Positions 25,856 to 39,818 of a stretch of 64,000 nucleotides of DNA are shown in pieces. The translations under genes were made by a program, and so were the position numbers. The notes beneath the pieces were generated by a model. It was not told where the DNA came from. It saw only the letters and a program-made list of their open reading frames with translations, and searched no databases. Origin of the DNA: Eledone cirrhosa (Eukaryota); contig OZ024744.1 in the NCBI GenBank assembly GCA_964016885.1, forward strand, positions 72,788,001 through 72,852,000. The letters run 5' to 3'. How positions within the stretch are numbered: position 1 is the stretch's first letter; the number at the start of each line of letters is the position of its first letter.

Positions 25856-26204
25856 GTTGCTGCTTCCTAAAATGAATTCATGTTTCATACATAAATACTT
25901 TTTAATCATCTTTTGAGATGGAAAAAGAAACAACTAGCAACTGTCCAACTTTTTCCCTTTGAACTTTAACCATGATGTCATCACTATGTAACACTCCAGC
26001 ACCAAATCTGTGTAACTGATCTTATCTACTGTTACCAGGGGTTCATCTAAACATCTCATTGTCTTCAGTGCCATAATTACTATTGCTTATTAGTTTGTCT
26101 AATGCATTTAAACCTATCTTACACCATTTCACTCTCTTATACAACCCTGTACAGTTAGTTAGATCGTACATATTATTTGTACTGGTTACATTATCAGTTT
26201 CAAC

Positions 26205-26427
26205 TTACCTCTTTTAGCATTTACATTACTCTATATATACTATTGTATTTTCACTTTAAAGGCTTTACCTCACATAATTATCTCACATAATATCGAATCT
26301 ATGAGATGTTGATATTATTTATTTTGAGAACAATATCTTAACATCAGTGTTGGTTACAGCTGGTTTGAACAGAAAGAGGTGAGAGAATTCTGGCCGGATA
26401 CAACTGGTTTAAATGCTAAAGAGTTAA
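26205..26427. mobile_element. TTAA/piggyBac-type MITE
   Basis: Degenerate TIRs ..tttagcatt / aatgctaaagagttaa; body shared with the other copies. Confidence 0.8.
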
Positions 26428-27297
26428 TTTATTCCTGCATAGTGATTATGGCTACTCTTGTAATTCAGTTTAGCTTTTCTTAACATTTATTAACAACTTA
26501 TACATCAGGCTTCTTCAAGTTCACTTTGCAGTTACATAGTTTGGGGTTTAATCCCACAGAGTAGTAACTACATAAAGTAGTTCTTACTACAACATCCAGT
26601 TAATCAATGCTTTCTGAGTGAAATTTTGACAACAGAAACTATGCAGAAGCCCATCATACACATGTGCATCTGTGCCTGTGTTTAAGTTTACATTGCTTAA
26701 CAATCAATGACATTTTTTGTGTCTCATTTTGACACATAGAGATTGTTAAAAATAAGTACCAGGCATTAAAATATGCACCAATGATGATATGATCGACTAA
26801 ACCCACGAAGATGCTGAAAAACAGTAAAAGAATGCATGTGTGTATGTTAGTATGTCTCTGTGTGTATGTGTTAGTGTGTAGCTATATGTATGTGATAGTG
26901 TGTATCTATATGTATGTGTCAGTGTGTATCTGTGTGTGTGTGTGATTGTATATACATGACATAAGCCAACATTCCATGGATACGTAGGTATCAGAATTTA
27001 TTTTAAATATTTTTGTTCAATGATTGGTACTTCAATGTTGAGTTGCCAAGAAAATAACAATACTTTTGTGTCTTGCTTTCTTGTGCAGGTATTTAAGATA
27101 TTTAATTTACTGCTTGAGATTAGTACAAGAAAAATAGGACTATTGTTACTAATGTGTCAAAGGTCAAGTGATATTCACCAATTATCAAAGATTCTCCCAC
27201 TGCCACCCAGTTTTATTTTATATATTGCTAAGTTTCTATAGTGGCTGTTGTTAGTTGTTTTTTTTTCCTCTTCTAAAATATTGATTTGTAATTTTCT

Positions 27298-28571
27298 TTA
27301 ACCCTTTAGCATTCAAACCGGCTGGATCCGGATAGAATTCTCTCACCGCTTTCTGTTCAAACCGGCTGTAACCAGTCACTGATACTGATGTTAAGGTATT
27401 GTTCTCTAAAAAATAATATCAAAATCTCATAGATTCGATATTATGTGAGGTAAAGCCTTTACTTTAAAAATACAATCTACTATATAAATTGGAAGTGGTC
27501 GGACGTTGTATATTTAAGTAAGTAGGTGTAGTCGGATAAACGTCGAAATGGCTTGGTGGAATGCAGCGAAAATTTACACAGTTATGCAGAATGACCCAAA
27601 GAGGTGTTGGGTACAAGCTTCCATGGTTACGGAGAAAATCGATGAAACAGGAATTTCCCATTCAAATTGAACTGAGAGTAATCTGTGAACGCAGAAGTCA
27701 ATATTTCGAGAAACGTTCCAACCGAACGAAAACAGGAAGACGATATTTTGGTTCGGGAAGACGTTGCCTGGCAATGAACGGGAAAAAAAGTGAGGATAGT
27801 ACGTCGTTATGTGGAGCGAGAAGAACAATTTCATGCAAAGACAAGACCAAGTTTATGGTATAAATGGAGTCGTTAGACTAATATTCTATTTAAAATAACA
27901 ATGATTTCCAGCCCCGGAGTTTAAGAATGATGTAAATAAAAGTGAAAACGAAAATGACAGAGGTTATTAAAATAGTAAAAATAAATAGTGAAGATTTAGG
28001 CCAGTACATACGTATGCCCCAATGGACATACACATACATACGCACACACAAATACATAACCCCCCCCCCCCACACACACACACACACATGAACGTGCACG
28101 TGTATAAACCTTATGCATTTCTACAGTATTTTCAACAAACTTAAGACATAGGTTACTTATGTTCTCCGGATGGTCATGGGCACTTTCATTTTTCCAGATA
28201 TTGATTATAGGGCCTCCTGGCAGATAACGCCCTTTAACCACTTCCTTGGAGTCGACTGAAGAACTGCAGTGCAATGCAACAAAACGCCATAACTTCTGGA
28301 GTTCGCAACCGATTTTCACAAAACTTGACACATGGGCTACGTTTGTCCTACAGATGAATGTGAACTCTCAGAATTGGCACATATTGAGTAGGGGACTCCT
28401 GGGGGCAGGAACCCTCTTTTGGAAAAAGCCGATTTTGTAAAAGTATAGTTTTCGAAGTAGCACTGAAGTATTGACATAAATGGTATACACAACTACTATT
28501 TTAATACCCGAGCAACGCCGGATACCTCTGCTAGTATTAAATATAGAGTAATGTAAATGGTAAAGGGTTAA
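27298..28571. mobile_element. TTAA MITE interrupted by a Helitron
   Basis: TTAA-ccctttagcatt at 27298 and aatggtaaaggg-TTAA ending at 28571. Confidence 0.88.
27476..28534 (+). mobile_element. Non-autonomous Helitron
   Basis: 5' TCTACTATATAAA; 3' cccgagcaacgccgga hairpin followed by CTAG. Inserted between A and T with no target-site duplication (TSD). Confidence 0.9.
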
Positions 28572-29192
28572 GGAATGTTCATCATCATCATTATCATTTA
28601 ACATCTATATTCCCTGCTCACCTTGGTTGGGTGGGTCTTCACAGACCAAGTTAGTACTCAAGCAGAGCTACTGACCCATCAGATGTACCTGGGGCTTATA
28701 TCTCGCTTACATACAATCCTGTGGTCTACCTTGTGCATTTTATTGTGGCATTAACACTAGAGAGATAGTCATGTTTTGGACACAACTGATGAATCCTCTC
28801 AGCTCTTTGTTTGGCATGTTTTCTACCAATCAGTTTACAGAGTGTACTGGGTGCATTTATTGTGAAGGTTGCCAACACTAGGGGATATTATTTCTTTCAT
28901 AGGCTGTTTCTAAATTTATTCTGTTATCCTGGTTATCATCATTATACAAATTCACAATTTGGCAAAAACGGGAACTGTTATGAGCCAGGTTTTTTTTTTC
29001 CAACCTTCATGCGTGGTAGAACAAATACATACACACATGCACATGGACCCTGCCCCCATACACACACATGTATCCATGAATGTATAACTTATTTTTTGTA
29101 AGAGTGACAAATTTCAAAGTTACATCAAGTACAGCTTTTCAAACTGTGGTTAAAAAAAAAGATGTCTATCATAAATGAACACAACAGGAAGA

Positions 29193-29419
29193 TTAACCCT
29201 TTAGCATTTACATTACTCTATATATACTATTGCCTTTTTGTAGTAAAGGTTTTACCTTACATAATTATTTAACATAATATTGAATCTGAGATTTTGATGT
29301 TATTTATTTTGACAACAATACCTTAACATCTGAATGAGCGACCAGTAATGACCGGTTTGTACAGAAAGAGGTGAGAGAATTCTGGCCGGATACAGCCAGT
29401 TTCAGTGCTAAAGGGTTAA
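29193..29419. mobile_element. TTAA MITE
   Basis: TTAAccctttagca...tgctaaagggTTAA. Confidence 0.9.
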
Positions 29420-29689
29420 AGATTGGGGTGGGGAAGAATTTTGTGTGATAATCACAGTGAAATTATCAATGAAAACATTAAAAAGGAAAACAAATTGTAT
29501 TGGTTAAAGATGTTGTATTAAATATTTAAATATATGGTTAGAGAGAGAGAGAGATATGAGGTATGTTCTTTTACTTTTTTGATCGTCCCTGCCATTTTAC
29601 TGCAGCCATGTTGGGGCACCACACTGAAGGTATTTAGTTGATTATATCAACTCCTGTATATACTTTTACAACTCAGACTGACTGATTTC

Positions 29690-30200
29690 AAAATAATTGT
29701 TTGACCCTTTTATATTCTTGGTGTCCCAATGACTTCAAGTAATGTACGTGTTTTGAGATACCACATTCTGTTAATTTCTATCTCACGGTCTTTGTATTTA
29801 CTGAGTTTCTGAAATGTTTTTAGAGATGTGTTTTTTGCCAGCCTGGACTGTGGCATCTATAAGAAAAGTTTTTTTCCCTACAAACATTTTTAATGACAAT
29901 ATTTAGCTAATTGACTTAGATTTTTCTATGTCTTTGAATACTAAGATTTCAAAGGATTGAGACTTTAGTATTTTGAGTAGATTGTGGTTGTTTGTGCTCC
30001 CATCAATTCTCCTTGTGAGGGAGATTAAATGCATGGCATATCATCCAGTGTATGCCCTGAGCTGTTCTATCATGCTGTTGCAAGTACTCAGTTGGTGTCA
30101 ATCAGCCGCATCTGGAAATAATGTGATCTCTTGTCTCCAGCCTTTCCTGACATACATGACCCAAAAGGTTAATGTCATTTTTTTAAAATGTGACACTTAT
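29690..30200 (-). mobile_element. R4/Dong-type non-LTR element fragment (zinc knuckle and restriction-like endonuclease, RLE)
   Basis: Minus-strand peptides DHIISRC..EYLQQHDRTAQGIHW and FLID..FQKLSKYKD.EIEINRMW. Confidence 0.65.
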
Positions 30201-31089
30201 AATTTCTAGTAGGAAGGAATGGATCCTGTGCAGTAATAATATACCACTTGCTTTCTGGTAAGGATTTGGTCTACATTAGGATCACTGGCTCGGATGGGGT
30301 GTTTGCCATTCAGTGGTTTTTGTGCCCGTTTCCCCTAGTATGCCATAGTCTGGTTTGTTTTGTTTTGTTCTTCATTTGCTTAGTCATTTTAGTAGGGAAC
30401 TTTTGTGGCATTGGATTCTGGCCCTATTAATTGTATTTCTTGAAGGTGCTTTTTTGCACCCTTTGTTATAAAGTGTAGCTTTTTGGACCCTTTATATTTT
30501 AATACTACTTATAACATCCCAATCGATTGTCTGTTGTATGTAATTAAAAACGCCTATAATGACTGTCTTAATTGACAAGTAGAAGTTCATTTAACTCATG
30601 ACCACCTTCATTTCTAGGGATCTACAAGCAATTACATCCACTTATAGGTGATCTATGTAGTGCATTGTTAGTAGCTTTTGGATTTTGACATCATTTTTGT
30701 TAGTTCCCGATAGTGACCAGTTAAAAATATTGAAGCTGTATGATTTTTTCTCTCCAGGCGATTTCCATTTTCAATGCAAATTTGACATCTACACTTATTT
30801 CCACTTTTTTTCATCTATATGTCCTGTCTCTTGTTTTTATTGGTTAACCCATTAAGTATTAGTGCCATATTTTACTCCAAATGTCAGGTATTTCTTATCT
30901 TATGGGAGCATATTTTTATACTTTGATTGTACTTTCCCTATATTTCTGTTTTGTGTGTGCGTGTGGGGGAGGGGGGGGGGGTTTAATTTTGAACATGTCG
31001 TCTTTGAAGAACCTATGTATGTGTGCAGATTTAGCCTTGCACTTTTTGATGTTTCATGAATTTGACTATTTTATTCTAATTCATACGTT

Positions 31090-32005
31090 CTCTATGTACT
31101 GAGCTTTTGAAACTCTTTAAAGGAGATCTTACAATCTGATGGAATGCTCATGTCAATTAAGAAGCATGTTTTCTCTATATGGTCCTTCACATGTATATCA
31201 GGTCTGACGGCCTTGATTGTTCTGTCACTGTTCACAGGGAAATCTTGCCTCCTGTTACTGCATCTGGGTGATGGTTGTACCATTTTCCCTCTTTTTATAC
31301 CATAAAACCAGCATATTACCCAGTGTAACTATTACCCCCACTCTAACATGCCATGTTGTATATTCTTGGGAAGCTAATCCTTTGCAGCCTGAAACCAGGG
31401 GTCAATAGTCTCAACATGTTCATCACAGAATTGACACTTTAGATCAGTTCCATTTCAGATGCCATTGGCTTCGAAGTTGCACATTGAAAGACATTGGACT
31501 TGTGCAGCCAAAATGAAGCCTTCACTGTGTCTTTAGCCCAGAACTCCACAGCCACTGTAGGGTGAGAGTTTGATTTACATCAGGTTCTTTGCTAAGGAGA
31601 ACATACTGCTCATGCAGTGGTTTTTGCTCCCATTTAGTGTACAGTCTCTGTTGGCCTTCATGTTTTGCCAATACTTTGATGTTCTTTGCAGCTTTAATTG
31701 CAGAATCAATATCATTTTCAAAATTAATTCCCAATTCTCCTGTAACATTTCCTTTGTGATTGAATGTAACCTCTTCTTCCTTTCGTGATCTGTTATTTTC
31801 ATCATCCAGTCATTTGTAGTTTTAAGCTATTGTTTGAGTCCAATAGTTGATATTTTGCATGACAGCTCAAGCTAGATGATTCTTCTACCTTCATTTTGTC
31901 TATGGAGATAGAAGTGATCCACATCTATTTTTGGGTGATGTAGTTTATTACAGGTCAGATGTTTCCTGATTTTGGTGCCATAGTTTTTCAGCTCAATTTA
32001 ATTGA
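31090..32005 (-). mobile_element. R4/Dong-type non-LTR element fragment
   Basis: HHPKIDV, WL.SSGLK..EGFILAAQ, C..C....ETID, RPDIHVKD...CFLIDMSIP (PD-D/ExK-type RLE). Confidence 0.75.
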
Positions 32006-32070
32006 CATTCCTCTCCCCACAGAATTGTTGACCTTGTGCCTAAATCAAAAACCATTATTATTATTATTAT

Positions 32071-32450
32071 TGGATTGGCAGTATCGGTAGAGGGTCAGAC
32101 GCCATGCTTTGACGCATAGAGTTACGACCCTTGCCATTCTGAGTTCAAATCCCGCCGAGGTTAACTCTGCCTTTCATCCTTACGGGATCGATAAAATAAA
32201 GTACCAGTAATGCACTGGGTAATTGCTGGCTTTGTGCCAAAAGTAGAAACAATTATTATTACTATTGGCAGTATCGGTAGAGGGCTGGACATCATGCTTT
32301 GCAGTATAGTTACGTCCCTTTATGATCTGAGTTCAAATCACGCCAAGGTTAACTTTACCTTTCATCCTTACGGGGGTCGATAAAATAAAGCACCAGTAAA
32401 GTACTGGGGTAATTGCTGGCCTTGTGCAAAAAATAGAAACAATTATTATT
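32071..32450 (+). mobile_element. Two tandem tRNA-derived SINEs (Meta-domain-like family)
   Basis: A-box tggcagtatcgg, B-box gagttcaaatc, body gcctttcatccttacggggtcgataaaataaagtacc, (ATT)n tail. Confidence 0.85.
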
Positions 32451-34194
32451 ACTATTTTAAAGCAATGATTTATCTTTCTCCCTGTATGTTGGTATATGCC
32501 TATATATGTGTGTATGTGGGAGAGAGAGAACAAGAGAGAAAGAAAATAGTATTGTGCGTGTGTCTGTGTGTGAGAAATAGTTGGAGGAGGAGAAAACACA
32601 CCTTATATCAGAAGCTTATAAAAATGTCTTTCATGAAACATTCCTCATACAAGCTTTCAATTGTTCCCAATATGTTTGTTTGTTTGTTGGTTGGTTTATA
32701 TATATTTACTTTTTGACAGCTGCTGTCCACAGTCGGAAGTGAAAAGGAGCTTGATTTCAAAGAACGCTATTTAAACTCATTACACTGTCTGGTGTGGGGA
32801 AGGGAGAGAGAGGGTGGGGCTAAAGTGAACTCACCCACCCACCTACCTCCTCATTTACGTTGTTTATAGATCAATGTGTTATTGTATTTATTGTTGTTGC
32901 ATTGGTATTACTGTTAACAATAAAAACAACAGTAATAGGTAATCAAGATAATTGTTTTTAACATCTGGTACTTTATTTTTTATCAACTCCTTACATTTGG
33001 AAAGAGAGCATTAGTCAATTGACTCGAGCCCAGTTATTGAGTGCTATTTTATTTTACTGAAAAGTGCTACTGGAAAGATGATGAAAACCAAAGTTGACTT
33101 TGGCCAGATTTGAACTCAAAATGTAAAGAACCATAGCTACATGATGTAATGATTCTTCCAATCCATTAAAATAATAACAATAATTGTTTCTGCTTTTGGC
33201 ACATGGACAGCAATTACCCCAGTACATTACTGGTACTGCCAATTCACTGCCCTAACAATAACAATAATAATAAGGGTTTCTAATTAAGGTATAAGAACAG
33301 CTATTTAGGGGAAGGGCTAAGTTGATTACATCAACTCCAGTTTTTGACTGATACTCTATTAGATTGATCCCATGAGGGATGAAAGGTAGAATTGACCTCA
33401 GAGGAATTTGAACTCCAAACTTACAGACTCATAAATGAATGATATAAAGTAATTTGTCCAGTACTCTAACAATCGTGCCAGTCCACCAGTAGTAGTAATA
33501 GTAGTAGCAGCAATAGTAAAGATAATAAAATACTTTGGTTTCTTATATTTTAGCTGATAAATATTTAAGTGCATCAGGTGTCACACATATTTGAAGTAAA
33601 ACCCTGAATGCGAATAATATTGGGATGGATAACTGTCAGCATTTTTGTCTTGGAGTTTGAGAGAGATATAAACTTCAGTATAACGAATACTATTTTTACA
33701 GTAAACATATATAGTTACACTGCTATGCACAAAATACTCACCCACATACTAATATTTCTACATATAGACATATTCATTTTTTATGTATTTTTATTTATTT
33801 TGTTAGTCAAGGTTTACAGTTTCATCAATCACAATAAAAAGAGAGAAAAGGTCCCAATACTGTAAGCAAGCACTTGTAACTATTACATTTCTGAAGTATA
33901 TGGAGAAAATAATATCTAAAGCAAACAATAAAGTTGTGTGTCTTGTGAAGTGGTTGGAGTTTTATTTTCTAAATCAACTCGGGGGGAGGGGTATGGGGGG
34001 GATCAGTGTGTGTGAAACATAGTATCTATAAGTAAATGGCCCTGCGAAGAACACCACAGTTCTAAAATTGTAAATGTTATAAACATAACACTTTTAGCAG
34101 AGTTTATAGTCTAGAATTCCCCTGATATATTTTATATTCATTATCCCCTTTAAATGTATGTAATATATATATCAGCTTCGCTTGGAGTAAACCA

Positions 34195-35210
34195 GTCTAC
34201 CTAGCTTTTTTCAACCTGGAGAAAGCCTTTGACATGTCTAATATGCTTAGTAATGTGGTCACTAAGAAAACTAAAGACAGACAAATGATTCGTGAGAGCT
34301 GTGGAAGTAATAAATAGAGGTGCCACAAGCAATATGAGAGTTGACAAGGAATTTAATGTGCAGATTGGTGTTCTCAGTTTTCAGCCCTCAACTGAGTATT
34401 AACCCTTTAGCATTTAAAACGGTCATATCTGGCCAGAATTCTCTCACCTCTTTCTGGTCAAACCAGCCATAACTGGCCACTCATACTGATGTTAAGGTGT
34501 TGTTCTCAAAATAAATAAAATCAAAATGTTATCGCTTTGATATTATGTGAGGTAAAGCCTTTACTGTGAAAATACAATAGTATATATAGAGTAATGTAAA
34601 TGCTAAAGGGTTAAAGGCCCCCAAGACCATAACAGAAGAATTTATGACTGGTTGTTGATATCTTAATTCTCACAGTTGAATTGATCAAATAATTTAGAGA
34701 GGAAACCCAAAATTGTAAGCAAAACTGAATCAAAGCTTCTCAAAATAAATCTAGATTTAGCTAAGACTGAAATTTTAGTGTTAGGAAAATGGCTATGGTC
34801 AATATGAAGAAAAGGGGGAACTAGAAATTTCAGAAATTCCTTTCAGTTCACCCGATGGACACACAGAATGTGTAGTGGAATCACAGGCAAGCTGATAAAG
34901 AAATTAGAGTTCATATATGGAAGATAAACGGTAGTGGTTAACAGTAAGAGTATATATGAAATATATTTTTTCAAATGCTTGGAAGGTTCCCTGGAAATAT
35001 TTGATATCTAGGTGACATGAAAAACATTGGGAAGTATGTGTTCTAAAAGCATAGCTGTTGCCTCTGCTGGATGTTTCTCTTTGAGTGAATGGCAGATTGC
35101 ATAATACTTGAGTACAAAATGTAATGTTGCATGGTAGTAAGATGTGGCTTTGCTTGCAGAAAATACACAAAAGTTGGGAAGGAATGAGGTGAGCATGCTC
35201 CACGGGGTAT
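34195..35210 (+). mobile_element. Highly degraded RTE LINE interrupted by a MITE
   Basis: ctggagaaagcctttgac and atgttgcatggtagtaag..tgg remnants, collinear with the RTE. Confidence 0.6.
34399..34614. mobile_element. TTAA MITE
   Basis: TTAAccctttagcattta...taaatgctaaagggTTAA. Confidence 0.92.
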
Positions 35211-36414
35211 ATAATTTTACACTTTTTTCTTCATCTATTGCAACAACTAAATCTCTTTTTCAAATGGGCCTTCTTTTAGCTAGTCTTCATACAAAATACA
35301 TGATTATCAGGGCATGCCTAAAGAGGTAAATTATTTTATCCAGTTTCCATTAAAGTTATATCTATTTTCCTTTTTTTTTTTTTTAAAACTACACCAAAAA
35401 GATAAATTATAATTCAAATTCAGTTTGAATTACAGATAATTGTCTTATGTATTTCTATCAATGCATTTATGTAACAAAACAGGAAATTGGCAGAGTTATT
35501 AAAGCATCAGATTAAATACCACTGTGTATGTTCTAGTTCTCTATGTCCTGAGTTCAAATCTCACACAGGTCAACTTTGTCTTTCATTTTTTTCAGTGTCA
35601 ATAAATAAAATACCATTATAGGTGTGTTGGATTGGCAGAGTTGTTAGAATGTAAAATAAAATGCTTTGTGGTAATCATTCCAGCTTACTGCTCTTTGAGA
35701 TCAAATCTCACTGAAGTCAACTTTACCTTTCATTCATTTGAGGCCAATAAAAAAATAATACCTGTCTAGTACTGGGGTCAATGTCTCTTCTTCTCTATCT
35801 CTTTCTCATTTCCATTCTCCCACTCTCTATCCTTCTCTAAAAGAAATCTGTTGTATGTAGACCTAGAAAAAAGGGCTCAGCTAGGTTTAAAAATACCCTA
35901 GAAATGCTGTGTGTCAATAAGGTGCCCCTACAACTCTCTCCGAGGGTTAGAGGGGTAGTAGATTGTTGAATCATTTGATGGGTTACTTTGTGGTATTGGT
36001 TCTTGTTTTGAGCATTCTCAGTTAAAGTCTCACCTCCTGTTACTCAAAAAAGCAAAAACGCTTCTGCAAGTAGTTGCGGCCAGCAGATAATATCAACATT
36101 TGAAAGACCATTGGAAACATTGTTTCCTTGATTTGATCTGATAATTGGCTCCTTCCCTTTGTCCCTTTTCTGCACATTGCTTTATCATACAGACACTTGA
36201 TGCTGTTTTGGTTACTATATAATTATGACATATGACCTGCTCTTTTTGTATCATTATCTATGATAATCTTCTCACTACTTGCACAAAGCACTACAGGTGG
36301 AAAATGTACAGACACTTGTACCTATGTAAATATAATTACCACATTTGTTGTATTCTTTGTACAACCAATGAATCTCCATTTTCTAAATGAGTTTTTTTTT
36401 TATGCATCCATGAA

Positions 36415-36629
36415 TAGCACCCAGCCCACACTGTAAAGTGGTCGTGTAGGCGACATGGCAAAAAGCACCCACCACACACTGTAAATTTGGCTGGCTGTAG
36501 AAAGCCAGCCAGAAACAGTCCTATATGAGTAAGACATGGTCACCCGACCCAACATGCCTCAAATGAGACAAACCCGTCTAACCCATGCTAGTGTGGAAGA
36601 TATACGTTAAATGATGATGATGATGATGA
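36415..36629 (+). mobile_element. RTE 3'UTR fragment
   Basis: 48-bp units, ctaacccatgctag, (GAT)n. Confidence 0.8.
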
Positions 36630-38094
36630 GGATATATTTATATATAGGTGTACGAATTATCATTTTCTGTTACTCTTGTTTAAGAGTTAGAGTAACACTT
36701 ATCAAGGGCTGTCTCAGCATACAGTGACTTTTGACTCAACAATAGGGTTACTGCAAGAGGTTGATCGTAGGGTGATCCTTAGAGGATTCCGTAATCAGTA
36801 ATCCATGGAATAATTACAAATAGATAAAGATTTACACAGATTTGCAGTTTATACAGATGTGTGTATATTTACACATTCATAGTGATGCTATTGTAAACCT
36901 TTCAACAATATATTCAGCTGCCATGATTGAATATTTTGTATCTTTATTGGTGAGCCAATTTATTTTAATTTTATCATATGTAAATATGTAATAATATATA
37001 AACGTGTGAAGATATTGAAAAGTGAATAAATAGATAAAACTACTTCTGCTATTCTCCTTCACAGTTTCTTTTCTTTCCTTTCCCTTTTCTTTTCCTCCTT
37101 TTTAAAATTTCGCCCACTTCTCTTCACTTACTTTACAATTTTATTCTTTTCTTCCATGTCCCCTTCATTTTGAAATTTTACTCTTTTTTTCTTCTCCCTT
37201 CTCCCCTTTGCAAAACTCATTTTATTTCCTATCTTGATATCTAATATTTCAGCCCCAACTGAACTATCTCAGCATGATAACATTCCCTTCAATGAAAGTA
37301 ATATAAAACATTTTTTTTTCTTGCAACTTTTAGAACTTTCTGTCTACAGACAAATTATGAATTGAATTCCTTTTGGAATTTTCTTAATTTTCTTAATTTT
37401 TTTTTTTTCTTTGTTTAAGGTTAGGAAATTCAATGGTATCCTTGAATATTTTTGGGGAGTGTGGAGTTGTGAAATTCTTAGATGTTTTTGGTTAAATTTC
37501 AGCCTGCTAACTTGTTTGTTTGAAACTTGCATATATCTCTGGTCACTAAGAGCATTGAAATTAAATAAGTAAATCTAATTAAAAATAATATATTAAAGAA
37601 ACAAAGTCAGTAAGTTGACAGAAATAGTTAGGTTTTGTACTAAATGAATGATAGCATGTTCTAACCCTTCTATCCATTTATATTCAAAATTCAAATTCTG
37701 CTGGAATTTTGAAGACTTTTCCTTTCATTCCTTTGGTAATTTCCTCTGGTGTCAATGAAATAAGTACCATTGAAATATTCAGTTCACAGTTCAACTGATT
37801 TCAGTTCTTCTTTATTCATTTCTTGTTTTATACTAATGTAATAAATCACTATTCTAATAAATTAGTAACATTTTAGACCTAGACATTTCCTGTATAAATC
37901 CAACTGTTAAATTTCTTTTAACCCTTTTGAAACTAACCTGACCAAAATCGGTTCTGGTCCTATAAAACAAGACCACCCACTTTAAAGAGTTTCTATATAA
38001 ATTAAAATGTTCCAACATAATTTCATATAATAACCAAGCAAAGCTGATTAAATTCTTTACTTAATTGACCACATCCTTGCAGAGCTAACCAAAA

Positions 38095-39818
38095 GTTAAA
38101 GTTGATGGACCAGGTCATGAAAGTAACAGAAAGAGTTATAGCACAGCTGATTAGGGACCGGGTGAATATAGACGAGATGCAATTTGGGTTTGTACCAGGG
38201 AAAGGCACCACTGATGCCCTCTTCCTTGTGAGGCAATTACAGGAAAAGTACCTAGCTAAAAGTAAGCCACTCTACTTGGCATTTGTCGACCTTGAGAAAG
38301 CCTTTGACAGAGTTCCACGTGCAGTAATCTGGTGGGCTCTTAGAAAACTAGGAGTAGATGAATGGCTTGTGAAAGCGGTACAAGCCATGTATAGGGGAGC
38401 AGTCAGCAAAGTTAGGATTGGCAATGAGTATAGCGAGGAATTTAGCGTACAGGTTGGGGTCCACCAGGGCTCTGTTCTTAGCCCTCTCCTGTTCATCATA
38501 GTCCTGCAGGCAATAACGGAGGAGTTTAAGACCGGATGCCCATGGGAACTCCTGTATGCTGATGACCTCGCACTCATAGCTGAATCTATGGTAGAACTAG
38601 AGAATAAATTCCAAACCTGCAAGCAGGGACTAGAGAGAAAGGGCCTCAAAGTCAACATGACAAAGACTAAGGTCCTTGTAAGTAGACGTGAAAACAGAAC
38701 CCAGATCCCCTCAGGGAAATGGCCTTGCTCAGTATGTAGGAAAGGTGTAGGTAGGAACTCCATTCTCTGCCCCAAATGCAAACAATGGGTACACAAGAGA
38801 TGTAGCGGGATCTCAGGAAGCTTAATTAAGAATGTAGGATTCACATGCAGCAGCTGTGCTGAAACAGCAAGCAAACAGCCACAGGAAACAAGTACCACCA
38901 ATCTCTGGGAGGGCCCTGTAGAAACAGTAGACAGCTTCTGCTACCTAGGTGACCGAATTAGCAACGGTGGTGGGTGCTCAGAAAGTACAATAACTAGGGT
39001 AAGAACGGGATGGAAGAAGTTTAGGGAACTACTACCACTGCTAGCTGCAAAAGGCTTCTCCCTCAGAATGAAAGGCAGACTGTATGATGCGTGTATCCGA
39101 ACAGCGATGTTGCATGGTAGTGAGACCTGGGCGCTGAAGGTGGAAGACTTACGTAGATTAGAGAGAAACGAAGCCTGCATGCTCCGATGGATGTGTAACA
39201 GTAATATACGTGAACGACAAAGCATAAAGGAATTGAGAGAGAGACTGAGCATAAGAGGAATCAAATGCTGCGTGCAGGAGAGGCGGTTACGCTGGTATGG
39301 ACATGTGATGCGTATGAAGGATGACAGCTGCATAAAAAGGTGCAGAGCACTAGAAGTTGATGGAAACCGCGGAGTGGGGAGACCCAAGATGACTTGGGAT
39401 GAGGTGATAAAAGCCGACCTTACCCAACTACACCTCTCAAAGTCAACGACACACGACCGTGACTTCTGGCGTCACGCAGTAATACAGGGTACCCGACCTC
39501 CCATGGGTACATGCTGAAGCATATAAACAATATGCCCCCCCCCCCCACCGCAAGGTGGTCGTGGAGGTGCCACGGCAAAAAAGCACCCAGCCCACACTGT
39601 AAAGTGGACGTGTAGGCGCCACGAAAAAGCACCCAGCACTCACTGTAAATGAGGTTGGTGTTAGGAAGAGCATCCAGCTGTAGAAATCAAGCCAGATCAG
39701 TTCCTGTATGAGCAAGGCATGGTCAGCCGACCAGACACTGCCCACAACAGGACAACCCGTCTAACCCATGCTAGCGTGGAAGAACGGACGTAAAACGGTG
39801 ATGATGATGATGATGATG
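38095..39818 (+). mobile_element. RTE LINE (subfamily A), 5'-truncated; uninterrupted RT ORF 38102-39517
   Basis: QFGF.PG.GTTDA, AFVDLEKAFD, YADD, PHD-like insert, thumb, UTR and (GAT)n. Candidate 5-bp TSD aacca. Confidence 0.96.

Noticed and set aside
38272-39387. Antisense ORFs recurring over RTE copies (also 13535-14473 and 60818-61966)
   Set aside because: Shadow frames of the RT coding strand. They recur only because the LINE copies are near-identical.
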